This document shows, piece after piece, positions 30,701 through 39,856 of a DNA stretch of 64,000 nt (position 1 is its first letter; each line of letters begins with the position of its first letter). The notes beneath the pieces were generated by a model. The model saw only the letters and a program-made list of their open reading frames with translations, was not told the origin of the DNA and made no database searches. Source of the DNA: Corallococcus coralloides DSM 2259 (GTDB lineage: Bacteria > Myxococcota > Myxococcia > Myxococcales > Myxococcaceae); contig NC_017030.1 of assembly GCF_000255295.1 (NCBI RefSeq), forward strand, positions 6,102,328 through 6,166,327. Reading direction: 5' to 3'. Made by a program: the position numbers and the translations under genes.

Positions 30701-30968
30701 GCGCCCGCCGGATGGGCCGGGTGACGTCGTCGTCATCCTCCGGCGGCATCCACACGAAGGTGAACTCCACCGGCCCCACGGTGATGCGGTCGCCGTCGCG
30801 CAGCTGCTTCTCGCCGCTCAGCGGCTGGCCGTTCAGCTGCGTGCCGTTCGCGCTGCCGACGTCCTCCGCGAAGTAGCGCCCATCCCTCGCCGTGATGCGG
30901 GCATGACGCCGGGAGACACCGTGGTCATGCAGCACCAGGTCGTTCTCCGAGGTCCGGCCGATCTTCAC
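27783..30968 (-). CDS. Large FHA domain protein with Pro/Ala-rich tandem-repeat region, a transmembrane helix and a C-terminal domain
   Basis: FHA core ...KIGRTSENDLVLHDHGVSRRHARI...NGTQLNGQPL. The called GTG start truncates the FHA domain; in-frame upstream codons encode its first beta-strands (see findings). Confidence 0.75.
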   Translation of the reverse strand: MKIGRTSENDLVLHDHGVSRRHARITARDGRYFAEDVGSANGTQLNGQPLSGEKQLRDGDRITVGPVEFTFVWMPPEDDDDVTRPIRRALAPPNAKVSPQGLEQASLAEIEAAPTSYQQSMPAMARPASPPRPGMAMPAAKGGATPAMPMPAATPKRPSAPDLPAVSAPAPVAAAPARTPPVPVLGASAPGTAAPPKPPAGPPVLGASAPGAVTSPKPPVLGASAPGAATPPRPPAGPPVLGASASAASGKVPAAPPVLGASAPGAAAPPKPPVGPPVLGASASAASGKVPAAPPVLGPAVPGVGAPAKAPGGPPALSASTANTASGASASVRASGPGLAAVGASGPGRPSAPEPAHITALELPAAGTPASMGAAHAATPAPEKVAAPVPAKQNAVANLPGVGAPALNRPSLGLGAARASAAPAARGAAASSPGLPLMTPPGLMAPPPPARPSVAPPPVDLASVVPDEPEERTLMAIASVDSPVPAAAPPPVLPLPELDEPEEHTLMAIASVDSPVPAGPPPVLPPPELDEPEERTLMAIASVDSPVSAAPPPVLPLPELDEPEERTLMAIPATPVAPPLEKAPPPQDASPALLPPAMEEPEERTVLDLRPITPVSPLVAPPVRVVSAPAAAIDSSEPSTFVGQDDDLSLAPEETRASGTFTGQVAPGTAAPAVAPPPEPVTFVGRERAAPAPTLNPGPLPGETPLLARAPAPNGEGEATQSVPADREDSFVQPVPNGPVTVVAKVEPSSAADKARRRRQLARSLQGQLVLFWQRQSLPKRIGFASLAAVAVLAVVTLLVALVSPTAIRLPGREPFKLGMEPVTDSFGLGEGVRWVHADDKLFDFRFVSPTRAVAVLHYQASNIARDEVNLSLNGVSLGWVPPDTAQTAERELEQILPPSLLRRNANNQLLFDNALNPPGRDPWRIWNLRLEIIPVPEASPEQLVLDAREYAKSGARFYELKDVGAENLFKAWKDYRSAWITLEALDEKPELYEDVRERIAQISTELDHRCSQLMMQFQRAVQFRSRRDAVATLEDVRRRFPTAEHRCHNLAQEKAYEHEL
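29256..29600 (-). repeat. In-frame tandem repeat, 93-96 nt unit, about 3.7 copies
   Basis: Unit aatcgccatcagcgtgcgctc...ccaccgaggc recurs at 29256, 29349, 29442 and 29538. It encodes the 31-32-aa peptide DEPEERTLMAIASVDSPVPAAPPPVLPLPEL. Confidence 0.85.
30020..30445 (-). repeat. In-frame tandem repeat, 57/114-nt period
   Basis: Repeats of aggcgcggcgggaaccttgcccgaagcagccgatgcggaggcccccagcacaggcggcccc, with copy starts at 30087 and 30201. They encode repeats of the form PPVLGASAPGAATPPKPPAG. Confidence 0.8.
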
Positions 30969-31041
30969 TTCGGCCTGCTCGAAGGCGAGCTCCCGTCCGA
31001 CCTGGAGCCCCTGGGTGATGGTGAGCAGGATGGGCAGAGGA

Positions 31042-31932
31042 CTAGCCCCCGACGTTGCCGAACATGAACTGGAACACGATGGGCCCGAAGAGCACCATGA
31101 ACACCGTCGGGAAGATGCAGGCGATGAGCGGGAAGAGCATCTTCACCGGCGCCTCGCCCGCCAGCTTCTCCGCGCGCTGCGTGCGGTCGATGCGCATCTG
31201 CGTGGACTGGATGCGCAGCACCTTGCCCAGGCTCGTACCCATCTTGTCCGCCTGGATCAGCGCCGTGACGAACGTCGTCAGCGGCGGCAGGTCCACGCGC
31301 ACGATCATGCTCTTGAGTCCCTCTTCACGCGTCTTGCCCATCTTGAGCTGCTTGAGCACCAGCTGCAGCTCTTCACGCAGCGGACCCTGGCGGCCCTTCT
31401 CCACCACCTTCGCCAGCGCGCCCGTGAAGTCCATGCCCGCTTCCACCGACAGCGTCAGCAGGTCCAGGTTGTACGGAAGCGCGCGGCTGATGGCCAGGTG
31501 ACGGCGCTTCACCTGGTCGTTCAACCAGATGAGCGGATAGAACAGGCCAATCAGCATCACCACCAGCGACCAGGCCAGGTTCGCCCCGATGCCGTTGGCG
31601 ACGAACAGGCCCACCAGCAGGCCCAGGAAGGCGCTCACTTCCTGCAGCGCCATGATGTCCTCGGGCTTGTACTGGGACGGCTCGCCCGCCTTGATCAACT
31701 TGCGGCGCGTCTTGGACTCGTAGCCCGGCCACATGAAGCGCCGGTTCATCGCGCCCAGCTTGCGGATGGCGACGGAGCCCGCGCCCTTCATGCCGCCCGC
31801 GGACTCGTCGCGGACTTCCGTGAGGAAGCGCTCCAGGATGTTGGTGTACAGGCCGATGCCCAGGAACGCCACCGCGCCCGCGGTCAGCAGTGCCGAGCCG
31901 CCCATCAGCAGAAATGTCAGGACTTCCTGCAC
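31042..31932 (-). CDS. Type II secretion system F family protein (TadC-like Flp pilus assembly membrane protein)
   Basis: T2SSF/GspF fold with three TM regions. It lies in a Tad/Flp-like gene neighbourhood. Confidence 0.8.
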   Translation of the reverse strand: MQEVLTFLLMGGSALLTAGAVAFLGIGLYTNILERFLTEVRDESAGGMKGAGSVAIRKLGAMNRRFMWPGYESKTRRKLIKAGEPSQYKPEDIMALQEVSAFLGLLVGLFVANGIGANLAWSLVVMLIGLFYPLIWLNDQVKRRHLAISRALPYNLDLLTLSVEAGMDFTGALAKVVEKGRQGPLREELQLVLKQLKMGKTREEGLKSMIVRVDLPPLTTFVTALIQADKMGTSLGKVLRIQSTQMRIDRTQRAEKLAGEAPVKMLFPLIACIFPTVFMVLFGPIVFQFMFGNVGG

Positions 31933-31945
31933 GGTGCGCCTCGTT

Positions 31946-32791
31946 TCAGATGTCGATGTTGACGATGCGCCGGATGATGAGGATGCCCATGATCTCCATG
32001 ATGGCGATCAGGGTCACCAGGATGTAGCCGAAGATGTGGTTCATCATCGGCTCCATCAGGTCCGGACGCATGTAGTTGAGCACCATGCCCAGCACCGCCG
32101 GCATGGCCGCGACGATCCACCCCTGAAGCTTGCCCTGGGAGGTCAGCGCGTCGATCTTGCCTTCCAGACGGAAGCGCTCGCGGATCACCGTGGAGATGGT
32201 CTCGAACATCTCCGCCATGTTGCCGCCCAGCTGGCGCGCGATGTTGGTGGACACCACCACCAACTCCAGGTCGTCGCTGCCCACGCGCTTGCCCATGTTG
32301 ACGAGCGCCTCTTCCAGCGGCACGCCCAGCTTCACTTCCTTCACGAAGAGGCCGAACTCCTGCGACAGGGGCGGCAGCGCTTCGCGCGCCACGTGCTCGA
32401 TGGCCTGCGGGAACGTGAGGCCCGCCTTGAACGCGTTGGCCATGGCCTGCAGCGCGTCCACCAGCTGCACGTTGAACTTCTTGATGCGGCGCTTGCGGTA
32501 GTGCTTCACGAGCAGCATCGGCAGGAAGAAGCCGAAGATGGTCGCGAGCACCGCCAGGATGGGGTTGAAGATGATGTAGCTGAGGATGCCCAGAAGGCAC
32601 ATGCAGGCGATGTTGAGGATCAACATCTGCCGCGCGTCGATGAAGAGGAACATGTCGCTCAAGTCGTTCATCGACTTGGCGACGTACCGCTCCTGGTACT
32701 GCTCATACGCCTTCGACAGGACGCTGAAGATCACCAGGCTGAAGAAGAACACCGAGCCGGTGACGAGAAGGAGGACGATACCTGCGAGCAT
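31946..32791 (-). CDS. Type II secretion system F family protein (TadB-like)
   Basis: A second T2SSF paralog adjacent to the TadC-like gene. Confidence 0.8.
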   Translation of the reverse strand: MLAGIVLLLVTGSVFFFSLVIFSVLSKAYEQYQERYVAKSMNDLSDMFLFIDARQMLILNIACMCLLGILSYIIFNPILAVLATIFGFFLPMLLVKHYRKRRIKKFNVQLVDALQAMANAFKAGLTFPQAIEHVAREALPPLSQEFGLFVKEVKLGVPLEEALVNMGKRVGSDDLELVVVSTNIARQLGGNMAEMFETISTVIRERFRLEGKIDALTSQGKLQGWIVAAMPAVLGMVLNYMRPDLMEPMMNHIFGYILVTLIAIMEIMGILIIRRIVNIDI

Positions 32792-32871
32792 GGGCGCGAA
32801 TCCCCGGGGGATGAGGGAGGGGTCGGCAGGGCCGCTTCAGCCTTGAAGCAAAGCGGCCCCGCGCGCGACGA

Positions 32872-33690
32872 CTACGGAGCTCCGGCCGAGGCCTTCTCGC
32901 CGCTGCCACTGCCCTTGATGATCTGGATGATCTCCCGGCGCTTCTGCTCGAGCACACGGGTGCGCTCACCGGAGAGCAGCGTGCTGATGGTCGCGCGGCC
33001 ACGCTCCTCGATGAGGTCCACGTCGTCCTCGTTGCGCAGCGACAGGGTCAGCTGCCCCAGTTCTGCCGCCAGCACCAGGATCTCCGCCTCTTCCGGCAGC
33101 ACCATCAGCGAGACGTTCGAATACTCGCGCTGGTTCTCCGGGATGAGGTTGATGTTCGTGGTACCGGTGATCTTGCCCGTGGCGACCACGATGATGTTCT
33201 GCAGCAGCGTCACCGCGACGCTCTCGTCCGTCTGCGGATCGCGGAACGTGCCGATGATGTCCACGTGATCGTTGGGGCGGATCCACCCGCCCACCGCCGT
33301 GGTCTGCTTCGCCTCGATGGTGACGGCGCGCGCCTTCTTCTGCACCTTCGTGGACAGGCGCTCGGCGGCTTTCGTCGTCTCGAACTGGCTCCAGAGGATG
33401 GGGTCGCCGGCCTGCAGCGCCACCAGCACCTTCTGGTTCACGATGTAGTTGGCGGAGTCCGGCTTCACCACCGACGAGGTGACGAACTGCTCCGGCACGG
33501 AGCGCTGGGAGATCATCTCGTACGTGATGACCGACCCCTCGGGCATGTCCTGGCCCGCCACCACCACGGGCACCAGGTTCCACCCGCGGCGCACATCGGA
33601 TTCCTTCTTCTTGATGGCCGAGTAGGCCACGATGCCCGCGAGCAAACCGAGCACCAGTGCGACGACGAGCGGGGTCTTACCCTTCAACAT
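32872..33690 (-). CDS. Flp pilus assembly protein CpaB/RcpC family
   Basis: N-terminal TM anchor, SAF-like domain and RcpC-like C-terminal region. Confidence 0.75.
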   Translation of the reverse strand: MLKGKTPLVVALVLGLLAGIVAYSAIKKKESDVRRGWNLVPVVVAGQDMPEGSVITYEMISQRSVPEQFVTSSVVKPDSANYIVNQKVLVALQAGDPILWSQFETTKAAERLSTKVQKKARAVTIEAKQTTAVGGWIRPNDHVDIIGTFRDPQTDESVAVTLLQNIIVVATGKITGTTNINLIPENQREYSNVSLMVLPEEAEILVLAAELGQLTLSLRNEDDVDLIEERGRATISTLLSGERTRVLEQKRREIIQIIKGSGSGEKASAGAP

Positions 33691-33780
33691 GGTTCAAAGT
33701 CCTCCAGAACGGTGGGGCGCCGTCGTGGCGGCAGGACTGCTTTGGACGAGGGGGCAATGCCAGGGCGCGAACGGGTCAAG

Positions 33781-33810
33781 ATGTTAGCCATGCCCCAGAG
33801 CAGGTGTCAA
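33781..33810 (-). promoter_or_regulatory. Putative sigma-70 promoter upstream of cpaB
   Basis: Minus strand reads TTGACA, 18 nt, TAACAT, about 85 nt upstream of the cpaB start. Confidence 0.3.
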
Positions 33811-33923
33811 AACCACCTCTCGTGACAAAGCGGAATCCCGGGACCTCCGGAGCTCACGGAGCCCGCCCGCCCAGGGGGGAGGACGGCTCGACGCAGCGTG
33901 CTGATCCGCGGCCTTCCGTCCCT

Positions 33924-34226
33924 TCAGGGGAACGGCAGGTTCAGCACGAAGTAAAACGAGTCGTAATAGATCTGGTACGCCTCGAGGAACAGGTCGATGA
34001 CGTTGGTCTGCCGGTCGTCCGTCCAGCGGATCCGCACCGTGGCGCCAATGACGAGCCCGACGATCAACACCCAGTTGATCATCGAGTACTCCACCATGGC
34101 CTGGCCACGGCGGGCCCGGCGCGGGGAGCGCGGCGGCGACTTCCGGGAGCTGTTCACGGGGGGAGCGTGCACGTCCGACGTCATGGCCCCATTATCCAGG
34201 ACCCGGGCCCCGGACGCATCGGTCAT
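33924..34226 (-). CDS. Flp/Fap-type pilin (class III signal peptide)
   Basis: Contains the Flp prepilin processing motif G/XXXXEY (RRG-QAMVEY), followed by a hydrophobic helix WVLIVGLVIGATV and a short C-terminus. An alternative start is M15 at 34184. Confidence 0.5.
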   Translation of the reverse strand: MTDASGARVLDNGAMTSDVHAPPVNSSRKSPPRSPRRARRGQAMVEYSMINWVLIVGLVIGATVRIRWTDDRQTNVIDLFLEAYQIYYDSFYFVLNLPFP

Positions 34227-34244
34227 GTGGACTGCCGCCCTCCC

Positions 34245-35693
34245 CTACTGCGCGGGCTGGGAGGGGGCGGCCCTGGCCGGAGCGGACGCCGGAGCCGTGG
34301 GGGGCGAGGCCTGACGCAGGCGGCGCTGGGCCAGCTGCGCCGCGCTGGAGCCGGGGGCCTCGGAGATGATCTGCCCGCAGACGGCGGCGGCCTCCTGGGT
34401 CCGGCCCTGGACGGACTCCGACTCGCAGAGCCGTGAGAGCAGGGCCAGCCGCTCGCTGCCGCTGGCTCCGGCCGCGAGCGCGGCGCGCAGCAGCTGCGCC
34501 TCCCGGGCGCGGTCACCCTGGTTCGCTGCGGCCTGGGCCTGGGCGGACAGGTCGCGCGCCGTCATCGCCTCCTTGGACGCGGACTTCTCCAGGGGAGAAG
34601 GCTTCGCGGCCTCGGCGCGGGCGGACTCCTGCTTGGGCTTTGCGGTCGAAGGCTCCGGAGGCCGCGCACCACCGATGGAGCCGATGGAGCCCATGGCGGA
34701 GGGGGCCATGGGCGCGGCCTGGACCACCGGCGCGGAGGCCACGGCGGGAGGTGGCGGAGGCGCGCCCGCGGCCACGCTCTGCTCGTCATCCAAGCCGAGC
34801 CCACGGCCATAGGCCGCCTCGCCCAGCCGGAGGGAGTCGCCCTTCGCCTTGTCACTGAGCTTGCCCGGGGAACGCCGCGGCGCGGGCTCATCCTTCGCCA
34901 CGTAGCCGTCGTCGGCCCGCACCTCCTTCGGAGGCGCCTCCATCGCGGGCGCGCCGGCCGTCGCCTGCTCGAGCGCGGCGAAGTCTTCCTCCTCGTCCCG
35001 GACGGCCTTGGACATCTTCTTCTTGGGAGCCTCTGCTTCCGCGCGGCGCTCCAGCAGCGCGCCACCGCTGCCCGCGTTCATCCAGTCCGACGGACGGGCC
35101 GCGGCGGCGCCCTTGCGCTGTGGCTTGGCCTCCACCCGATTCTTGCTGAACTCCCTCTCGCGCGGCGCGGAGGCCAGTGCGTCCGAGGCGCCTTCGGGCA
35201 CGTCCACTTCGAGGGTCGCGCTCGAAGGCGCGGGGGCCAGGGCGCTCGGGGCGCGCTTGTCCTGCGTTGGCGCTTCCTGCTTCGCCGCCGCCATCGTCGG
35301 GCTGGGGGCGGCCCGCTGCGACAGGTTCGGCGACAGGTCGAGGTTCTCGCTCACCGTCAACGTCAGGAGGCCGAAGGTGCTCACCGTGGCCAGGCCCACC
35401 GCGGGCAGCAGCCAGCGGCGCCAGCGTGAGGGCTTCGGCTCGGGGCCCGCGGAGGCTCGGCGCGCGGACTGCTGCGCGTACGCGAGCAGCGACTCCAGGC
35501 CCGCGTCCGGCGCGGGCTCCGACGACAGCTGCGCCATGGTGGTGCGCACGCCGCGGATGTCCGCCAGCGCCTTCGTGCAGCGCGCGCAACCCTGGACATG
35601 CTGCTCCAGCGCCTGGGCCTCCGACGCGGGCAGCTCGCCGTAGGCGAAGTCGAGGAGCCGGTCCTCGTGCGCGTGGGCATTCTGGGCATTCAT
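34245..35693 (-). CDS. Anti-sigma factor (zinc-binding ZAS type) with TM helix and extended periplasmic/C-terminal region
   Basis: ZAS motif HVQGCARC (H-x3-C-x2-C) and a TM helix WLLPAVGLATVSTFGLLTL. It overlaps the ECF sigma gene by 4 nt. Confidence 0.7.
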   Translation of the reverse strand: MNAQNAHAHEDRLLDFAYGELPASEAQALEQHVQGCARCTKALADIRGVRTTMAQLSSEPAPDAGLESLLAYAQQSARRASAGPEPKPSRWRRWLLPAVGLATVSTFGLLTLTVSENLDLSPNLSQRAAPSPTMAAAKQEAPTQDKRAPSALAPAPSSATLEVDVPEGASDALASAPREREFSKNRVEAKPQRKGAAAARPSDWMNAGSGGALLERRAEAEAPKKKMSKAVRDEEEDFAALEQATAGAPAMEAPPKEVRADDGYVAKDEPAPRRSPGKLSDKAKGDSLRLGEAAYGRGLGLDDEQSVAAGAPPPPPAVASAPVVQAAPMAPSAMGSIGSIGGARPPEPSTAKPKQESARAEAAKPSPLEKSASKEAMTARDLSAQAQAAANQGDRAREAQLLRAALAAGASGSERLALLSRLCESESVQGRTQEAAAVCGQIISEAPGSSAAQLAQRRLRQASPPTAPASAPARAAPSQPAQ

Positions 35694-36370
35694 CCCGCCA
35701 CCGTCCTTCCATCCTCCGACAGGTCGCCGTCCACGCCCAGCTCACCCAGGCGGCGGCGCAGGCCCTCCAACGCGTAGCGCATGCGGCTCTTCACCGTGTT
35801 CTCGGACACGCCCGTCACCTCGGCGATCTCCTTGAACGGGATGCCGCTGTACTCGCGCAGCACGAACACCTCGCGCTGCTCCTCCGGCAGGGCCGACAGG
35901 GCCCGCTCCAGGAGGGGCCGGAGACGGGCGTTGTGCGCGCCGCGCTCCGGGCTGGCCCCGGCATCCGGCAGCCCCTCGCCCAGCGGACGTCCCTCGTCGC
36001 CGTCGGCCCCCGCCGCGGGGGCTTCCAGGGACGTCGCCTGGCGGTAGCTCTCTTTGCGCGTGCTGTCCACGCAGAGGTTCCTCGCGATGGTGTACAGCCA
36101 GGTCGTGAACCGGGCCTTGGGCTCGTATTCCCGGGCGCTGCGGACCACCTTGAGCCAGGTCTCCTGCAGCACGTCCTCCGCCCGCGCCCGGTGGCCCACG
36201 AAGCGCAGGATGAAGTTGAACACCGGCGCGCGGTGCTTGCGCACCAACGCTTCGAACGCACGCGCGTTTCCCGCCTGGAAGGCGAGCATCAGCTGCTCGT
36301 CTGAGGTTTCGGGTGCCAAACTTCCCCCAGTGCCCATGAAGCCACGGGTGCCATCCCCTTCACCGCCCAC
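35690..36370 (-). CDS. RNA polymerase ECF-type sigma-70 factor
   Basis: Sigma-70 region 2 (VLQETWLKVVRSAREYEP...FTTWLYTIARN) and region 4 HTH (REVFVLREYSGIPFKEIAEVTGVSENTVKSRM). An alternative start is at 36337. Confidence 0.8.
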   Translation of the reverse strand: MGGEGDGTRGFMGTGGSLAPETSDEQLMLAFQAGNARAFEALVRKHRAPVFNFILRFVGHRARAEDVLQETWLKVVRSAREYEPKARFTTWLYTIARNLCVDSTRKESYRQATSLEAPAAGADGDEGRPLGEGLPDAGASPERGAHNARLRPLLERALSALPEEQREVFVLREYSGIPFKEIAEVTGVSENTVKSRMRYALEGLRRRLGELGVDGDLSEDGRTVAG

Positions 36371-36401
36371 GGCCTGTAACGGACAGCCGTGTGCGAAAGG
36401 T

Positions 36402-36815
36402 CTATTCCGGCCGTGGCCGCCAGTAAGTGGCGAGAATGACAGGGACCGCCACCCCTGTCACCAGAAGTGCCTGCGCCAGCAGCACCGCCGGTAGCGGGCG
36501 CTGCACATGCACGTACAGCGAGCGGCCGAGCCCCACTCCCAACAGGATGCCCGTCAGCGTGCGCACCGCGTTGGAACCCGAAGCGGGCCGGAAGCGTCCC
36601 ACCGCCCAGTCCACGAGCGCGGGCAGCGTGAGCGCCAGCACCACCGGCACGTCCCACTCCCACCGCAGCGGCGCCTTCAGCGCGAACAGTCCGAGGAACA
36701 CGGCGGCGAGCACCGGATACGTGCCCAGGCACCGCGCGCACACGCGCACGCCCGCGAGCACGTACGTGCGGTTGTACTCATCCGGGTGATGATGGCTGAG
36801 CCAGAACACCGGCAC
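36402..36815 (-). CDS. DUF2085 family membrane protein
   Basis: Motif [28 protein letters not shown] matches the DUF2085 pattern (CHR.P.RS...CARC.G.Y). A GTG start inside the ORF 36402..37103 overlaps the oppF tail by about 38 bp. Confidence 0.5.
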   Translation of the reverse strand: MPVFWLSHHHPDEYNRTYVLAGVRVCARCLGTYPVLAAVFLGLFALKAPLRWEWDVPVVLALTLPALVDWAVGRFRPASGSNAVRTLTGILLGVGLGRSLYVHVQRPLPAVLLAQALLVTGVAVPVILATYWRPRPE

Positions 36816-37833
36816 CTCCTCCGGACGTGGAAACAGCGGGCCCGTCCTGCACGTTGCGCGAATCCCCTTCGGCCAGGAAGCACGCCGCGGCGTGGCCTCC
36901 ACCCAGGGGATACAGCGGGGGTGACTCGCGGCGGCAGCGCTCCATCGCATGCGGGCAGCGCGGATGGAACGCGCAGCCGGTCGGCGGCGACAGGGGCGAA
37001 GGCGGCTCTCCCGGCAGCAGGAGCCGCGCGCGGGGACGCTCCGGATCCGGCACCGGCACCGCGGACAGCAGCGCCTGCGTGTACGGATGGCGAGGCCCTG
37101 CATACAGCGACCGGGACGGCGCCACCTCCACGATGCGGCCCAGGTACATCACCGCCACGCGCGTGGACACGTACTCCACGATCTTCAGGTCGTGCGCGAT
37201 GAAGACGTACGTGAGCCCGCGCTCGCGCTGCAGGTCCACCAGCAGGTTGACGATCTGCGCCTGGATGGAGACGTCCAGCGCGCTGATGGGCTCGTCCGCC
37301 ACCACCAGATCCGGGCGCAACGCGATGGCACGTGCAATGCCGATGCGTTGACGCTGGCCGCCGGAGAACTCGTGCGGGTAGCGCTGGCGCGCCTCGCGGG
37401 GCAGCCCCATGGCGTCGAGCAGCGCCAGCACCTCGTCCTCGCGCGCCTTCCCCTTCGCGAGCCCGTGGATGGCGAAGGGCTCCGCGAGGATGTCCCCCAC
37501 CGTCATGCGCGGGTTGAGCGACGCGTAGGGGTCCTGGAAGACGAGCTGCATCTGGCGGCGCAGCGGCCGCAACTCGCGCTGCGACAGGCCGGTCAGCTCG
37601 CGCCCGGCCACGCGGATGGAGCCGGAGGTCGGGTCGATGAGGCGCAGCACCGCGCGCCCCAACGTGCTCTTGCCGCAGCCGCTCTCCCCCACCAGGCCCA
37701 GCGTCTCTCCGCGGGCGACTTCGAAGGACACGCCGTCCACCGCGCGCACCGTGCCGCGCGTGCGGCCCAAGAGGCCGCCCTTCACCGGGAAGTGCACCTT
37801 CAGGTCGCGCACCTGGACCAGCGGTTCGCTCAT
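36778..37833 (-). CDS. oppF: Oligopeptide/dipeptide ABC transporter ATP-binding protein (OppF/DppF-like)
   Basis: Walker [10 protein letters not shown], signature FSGGQRQR, and the C-terminal oligopeptide-ABC Cys motif [17 protein letters not shown]. The start MSEPLVQ is internal to the ORF 36778..38313. Confidence 0.8.
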   Translation of the reverse strand: MSEPLVQVRDLKVHFPVKGGLLGRTRGTVRAVDGVSFEVARGETLGLVGESGCGKSTLGRAVLRLIDPTSGSIRVAGRELTGLSQRELRPLRRQMQLVFQDPYASLNPRMTVGDILAEPFAIHGLAKGKAREDEVLALLDAMGLPREARQRYPHEFSGGQRQRIGIARAIALRPDLVVADEPISALDVSIQAQIVNLLVDLQRERGLTYVFIAHDLKIVEYVSTRVAVMYLGRIVEVAPSRSLYAGPRHPYTQALLSAVPVPDPERPRARLLLPGEPPSPLSPPTGCAFHPRCPHAMERCRRESPPLYPLGGGHAAACFLAEGDSRNVQDGPAVSTSGGGAGVLAQPSSPG

Positions 37834-38840
37834 GGCGCGGGCACCGGATAATGGCAGGCGGCGGACTGGCCTCCGCGCTTCGGCTCCAGCGCGGGCGTGA
37901 CGCGGGCGCACAGCTCCGAGGCGCGGTCGCAGCGGTCGCGGAACGCGCACCCGGACGGCAGCGCGGTGAGCGACGGCACCATGCCGGGAATGGCCTTCAG
38001 GCGCTGACGCCCACCCTCCACCGCCGCGCCCGCGTCGTGCAGCGACGGGATGGAGCGCAAGAGGCCCGCCGTGTACGGGTGCGCGGGCCGCGCGAACAGC
38101 TCGCGCACCGGCGCCTGCTCCACGATGCGGCCCGCGTACATCACCACCACCGCGTCGCAGCTGCCCGCCACCACGCCCAGATCGTGGGTGATGAGCATCA
38201 CCGCCATGTTCCGCTCGGCCTGCAGGCGCTTGAGCAGTTCCAGGATCTGCGCCTGGATGGTGACGTCCAGCGCCGTGGTGGGCTCGTCCGCGATGAGCAG
38301 CGCCGGGTCGCACGCGAGCGCCATGGCGATCATCACGCGTTGGCGCATGCCGCCGGAGAGCTGATGCGGGTACGCGTCCACGCGCTCGCCGGGCGCCGGG
38401 ATGCCCACCTGCCGGAGCATCTCCACCGCGCGCTCACGCGCCTGCGCCCGGGTGGCGCCCAGGTGCAGCCGGACGCCTTCGCCAATCTGCTCGCCCACGG
38501 TGAACACCGGGTTGAGCGACGTCATGGGCTCCTGGAAGACCATGGCCACGTGCCGGCCGCGCACGCGCCGCATCTCCTTCTCCGGCAGCGCCAGCAGGTC
38601 CTCGCCCCGGAAGCGCACCTCGCCGCCCACCACGCGGCCGGGCGGCTGCGGAACGAGCCGCATCACCGACAGCGCCGTCAGGCTCTTGCCACAGCCGCTC
38701 TCCCCCACCACCCCCAGCGTGCCGCCGGGAGGAACGGTGAAGGACACGCCGTCCACCGCGCGCACCGTGCCGCGCGGGAGCGACAGCTGGGTGACGAGCC
38801 CCCGCACGTCCAGGAGCGGGGCCGGCGCGACGCCGGTCAC
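37830..38840 (-). CDS. oppD: Oligopeptide/dipeptide ABC transporter ATP-binding protein (OppD/DppD-like)
   Basis: Walker A GESGCGKS, signature LSGGMRQR, and C-terminal [21 protein letters not shown] overlap with oppF. Confidence 0.8.
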   Translation of the reverse strand: MTGVAPAPLLDVRGLVTQLSLPRGTVRAVDGVSFTVPPGGTLGVVGESGCGKSLTALSVMRLVPQPPGRVVGGEVRFRGEDLLALPEKEMRRVRGRHVAMVFQEPMTSLNPVFTVGEQIGEGVRLHLGATRAQARERAVEMLRQVGIPAPGERVDAYPHQLSGGMRQRVMIAMALACDPALLIADEPTTALDVTIQAQILELLKRLQAERNMAVMLITHDLGVVAGSCDAVVVMYAGRIVEQAPVRELFARPAHPYTAGLLRSIPSLHDAGAAVEGGRQRLKAIPGMVPSLTALPSGCAFRDRCDRASELCARVTPALEPKRGGQSAACHYPVPAP

Positions 38841-39847
38841 TTCTGGGCCAGCTCCTCCAGGAACTCCGCCTCCTGGATGAGCCCCTTGCGGATGAGCAGG
38901 CGGATGAGGCTCGCGACCATGCGCGCGGGCTTCACCTTCTCCGTGTCCAGGCTGGCCTCCTCGCCGCGCGAGATGCGGTCGATGTCGTCCAGCACCGCCA
39001 GGTCCTCCTCGGAGAAGTCCGGCTTGGGCGTGAGCGCCACGGACGGCTTCACGCCCTGCGCGGCGCCGCCAAAGAGCACCACCGGCACGCGCGGCTTGCT
39101 CGGGTCCTCAGGCTCCGAAGGAGGCGGAGGCGGCGGCGGACGGGCCGCGGCGGGCGGCGGCGGCGGACGCGGGGCCTTGGGGACCTTGGGACGGGGCGTG
39201 GAGCCCAGGATGTCCTCCAGCACCTCCGCGCCGTCGGCACCCGACTCGTTGGGCGGCGGCGGCGGCAGGTCCCAGTCCAGCGTCGGCGGCGCGGGCGGAC
39301 GCGGCGGCGTGGGCGCGCGCGCGGCGGCCGGAGGGGGCGGCGGCGACGGCAGGATGTCCGGCGAATCGTCCTCGTCCATGTCCATCGGTTCAGCCTCCAC
39401 GATGTCCAGGGGCTCGCCCCGGCCGCGCGACAGTGCCTGCTCCAGGTCATCTGGCGCGGCGACGAACACCTTGAGCGGCTTGCGCAGCTGGAAGCGCAGC
39501 TCGTCCACCAGCATCAGGTTGCCCGGGTCTTCCACCGCGACGTGGATCTTCTCGCTGCGGCCGTCCTGCTCCGACGCGAAGAGGAGCACCCGGTGCTCGG
39601 TCTGGAAGTCCATGGACACCAGCGAGGCCACCGCATGCGGGATGTACTCGGGGAGCTCCACGAACGGCAGCTCGTGCTGCGCCGCCAGCGCCCTCGCGAT
39701 GTCCCGGCCGGTGCACAGGCCCATGGACACCAGCACCTCACCCAGCTTGCGGCCCTGGCCGCGCCGTCCGGACGCGAGGGCCTGCTTCACCTGCTCGTCC
39801 GTCACCACTCCGGCCTGGACGAGGAGTTCACCAATCTTCTTGCGCAT
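38837..39847 (-). CDS. MshEN (T2SSE N-terminal) domain protein with Pro-rich linker
   Basis: N-terminal T2SE_Nter domain containing the c-di-GMP-binding-type motif [25 protein letters not shown]. It has no ATPase domain. Confidence 0.7.
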   Translation of the reverse strand: MRKKIGELLVQAGVVTDEQVKQALASGRRGQGRKLGEVLVSMGLCTGRDIARALAAQHELPFVELPEYIPHAVASLVSMDFQTEHRVLLFASEQDGRSEKIHVAVEDPGNLMLVDELRFQLRKPLKVFVAAPDDLEQALSRGRGEPLDIVEAEPMDMDEDDSPDILPSPPPPPAAARAPTPPRPPAPPTLDWDLPPPPPNESGADGAEVLEDILGSTPRPKVPKAPRPPPPPAAARPPPPPPPSEPEDPSKPRVPVVLFGGAAQGVKPSVALTPKPDFSEEDLAVLDDIDRISRGEEASLDTEKVKPARMVASLIRLLIRKGLIQEAEFLEELAQK

Positions 39848-39856
39848 GGCCGGGGG

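Noticed and set aside
36300-36325. Sigma-54-like TGGCAC element on the minus strand (TTTGGCACCCGAAACC)
   Set aside because: The -12 TTGC element is absent at the correct spacing, and the site falls inside the ECF sigma coding sequence.
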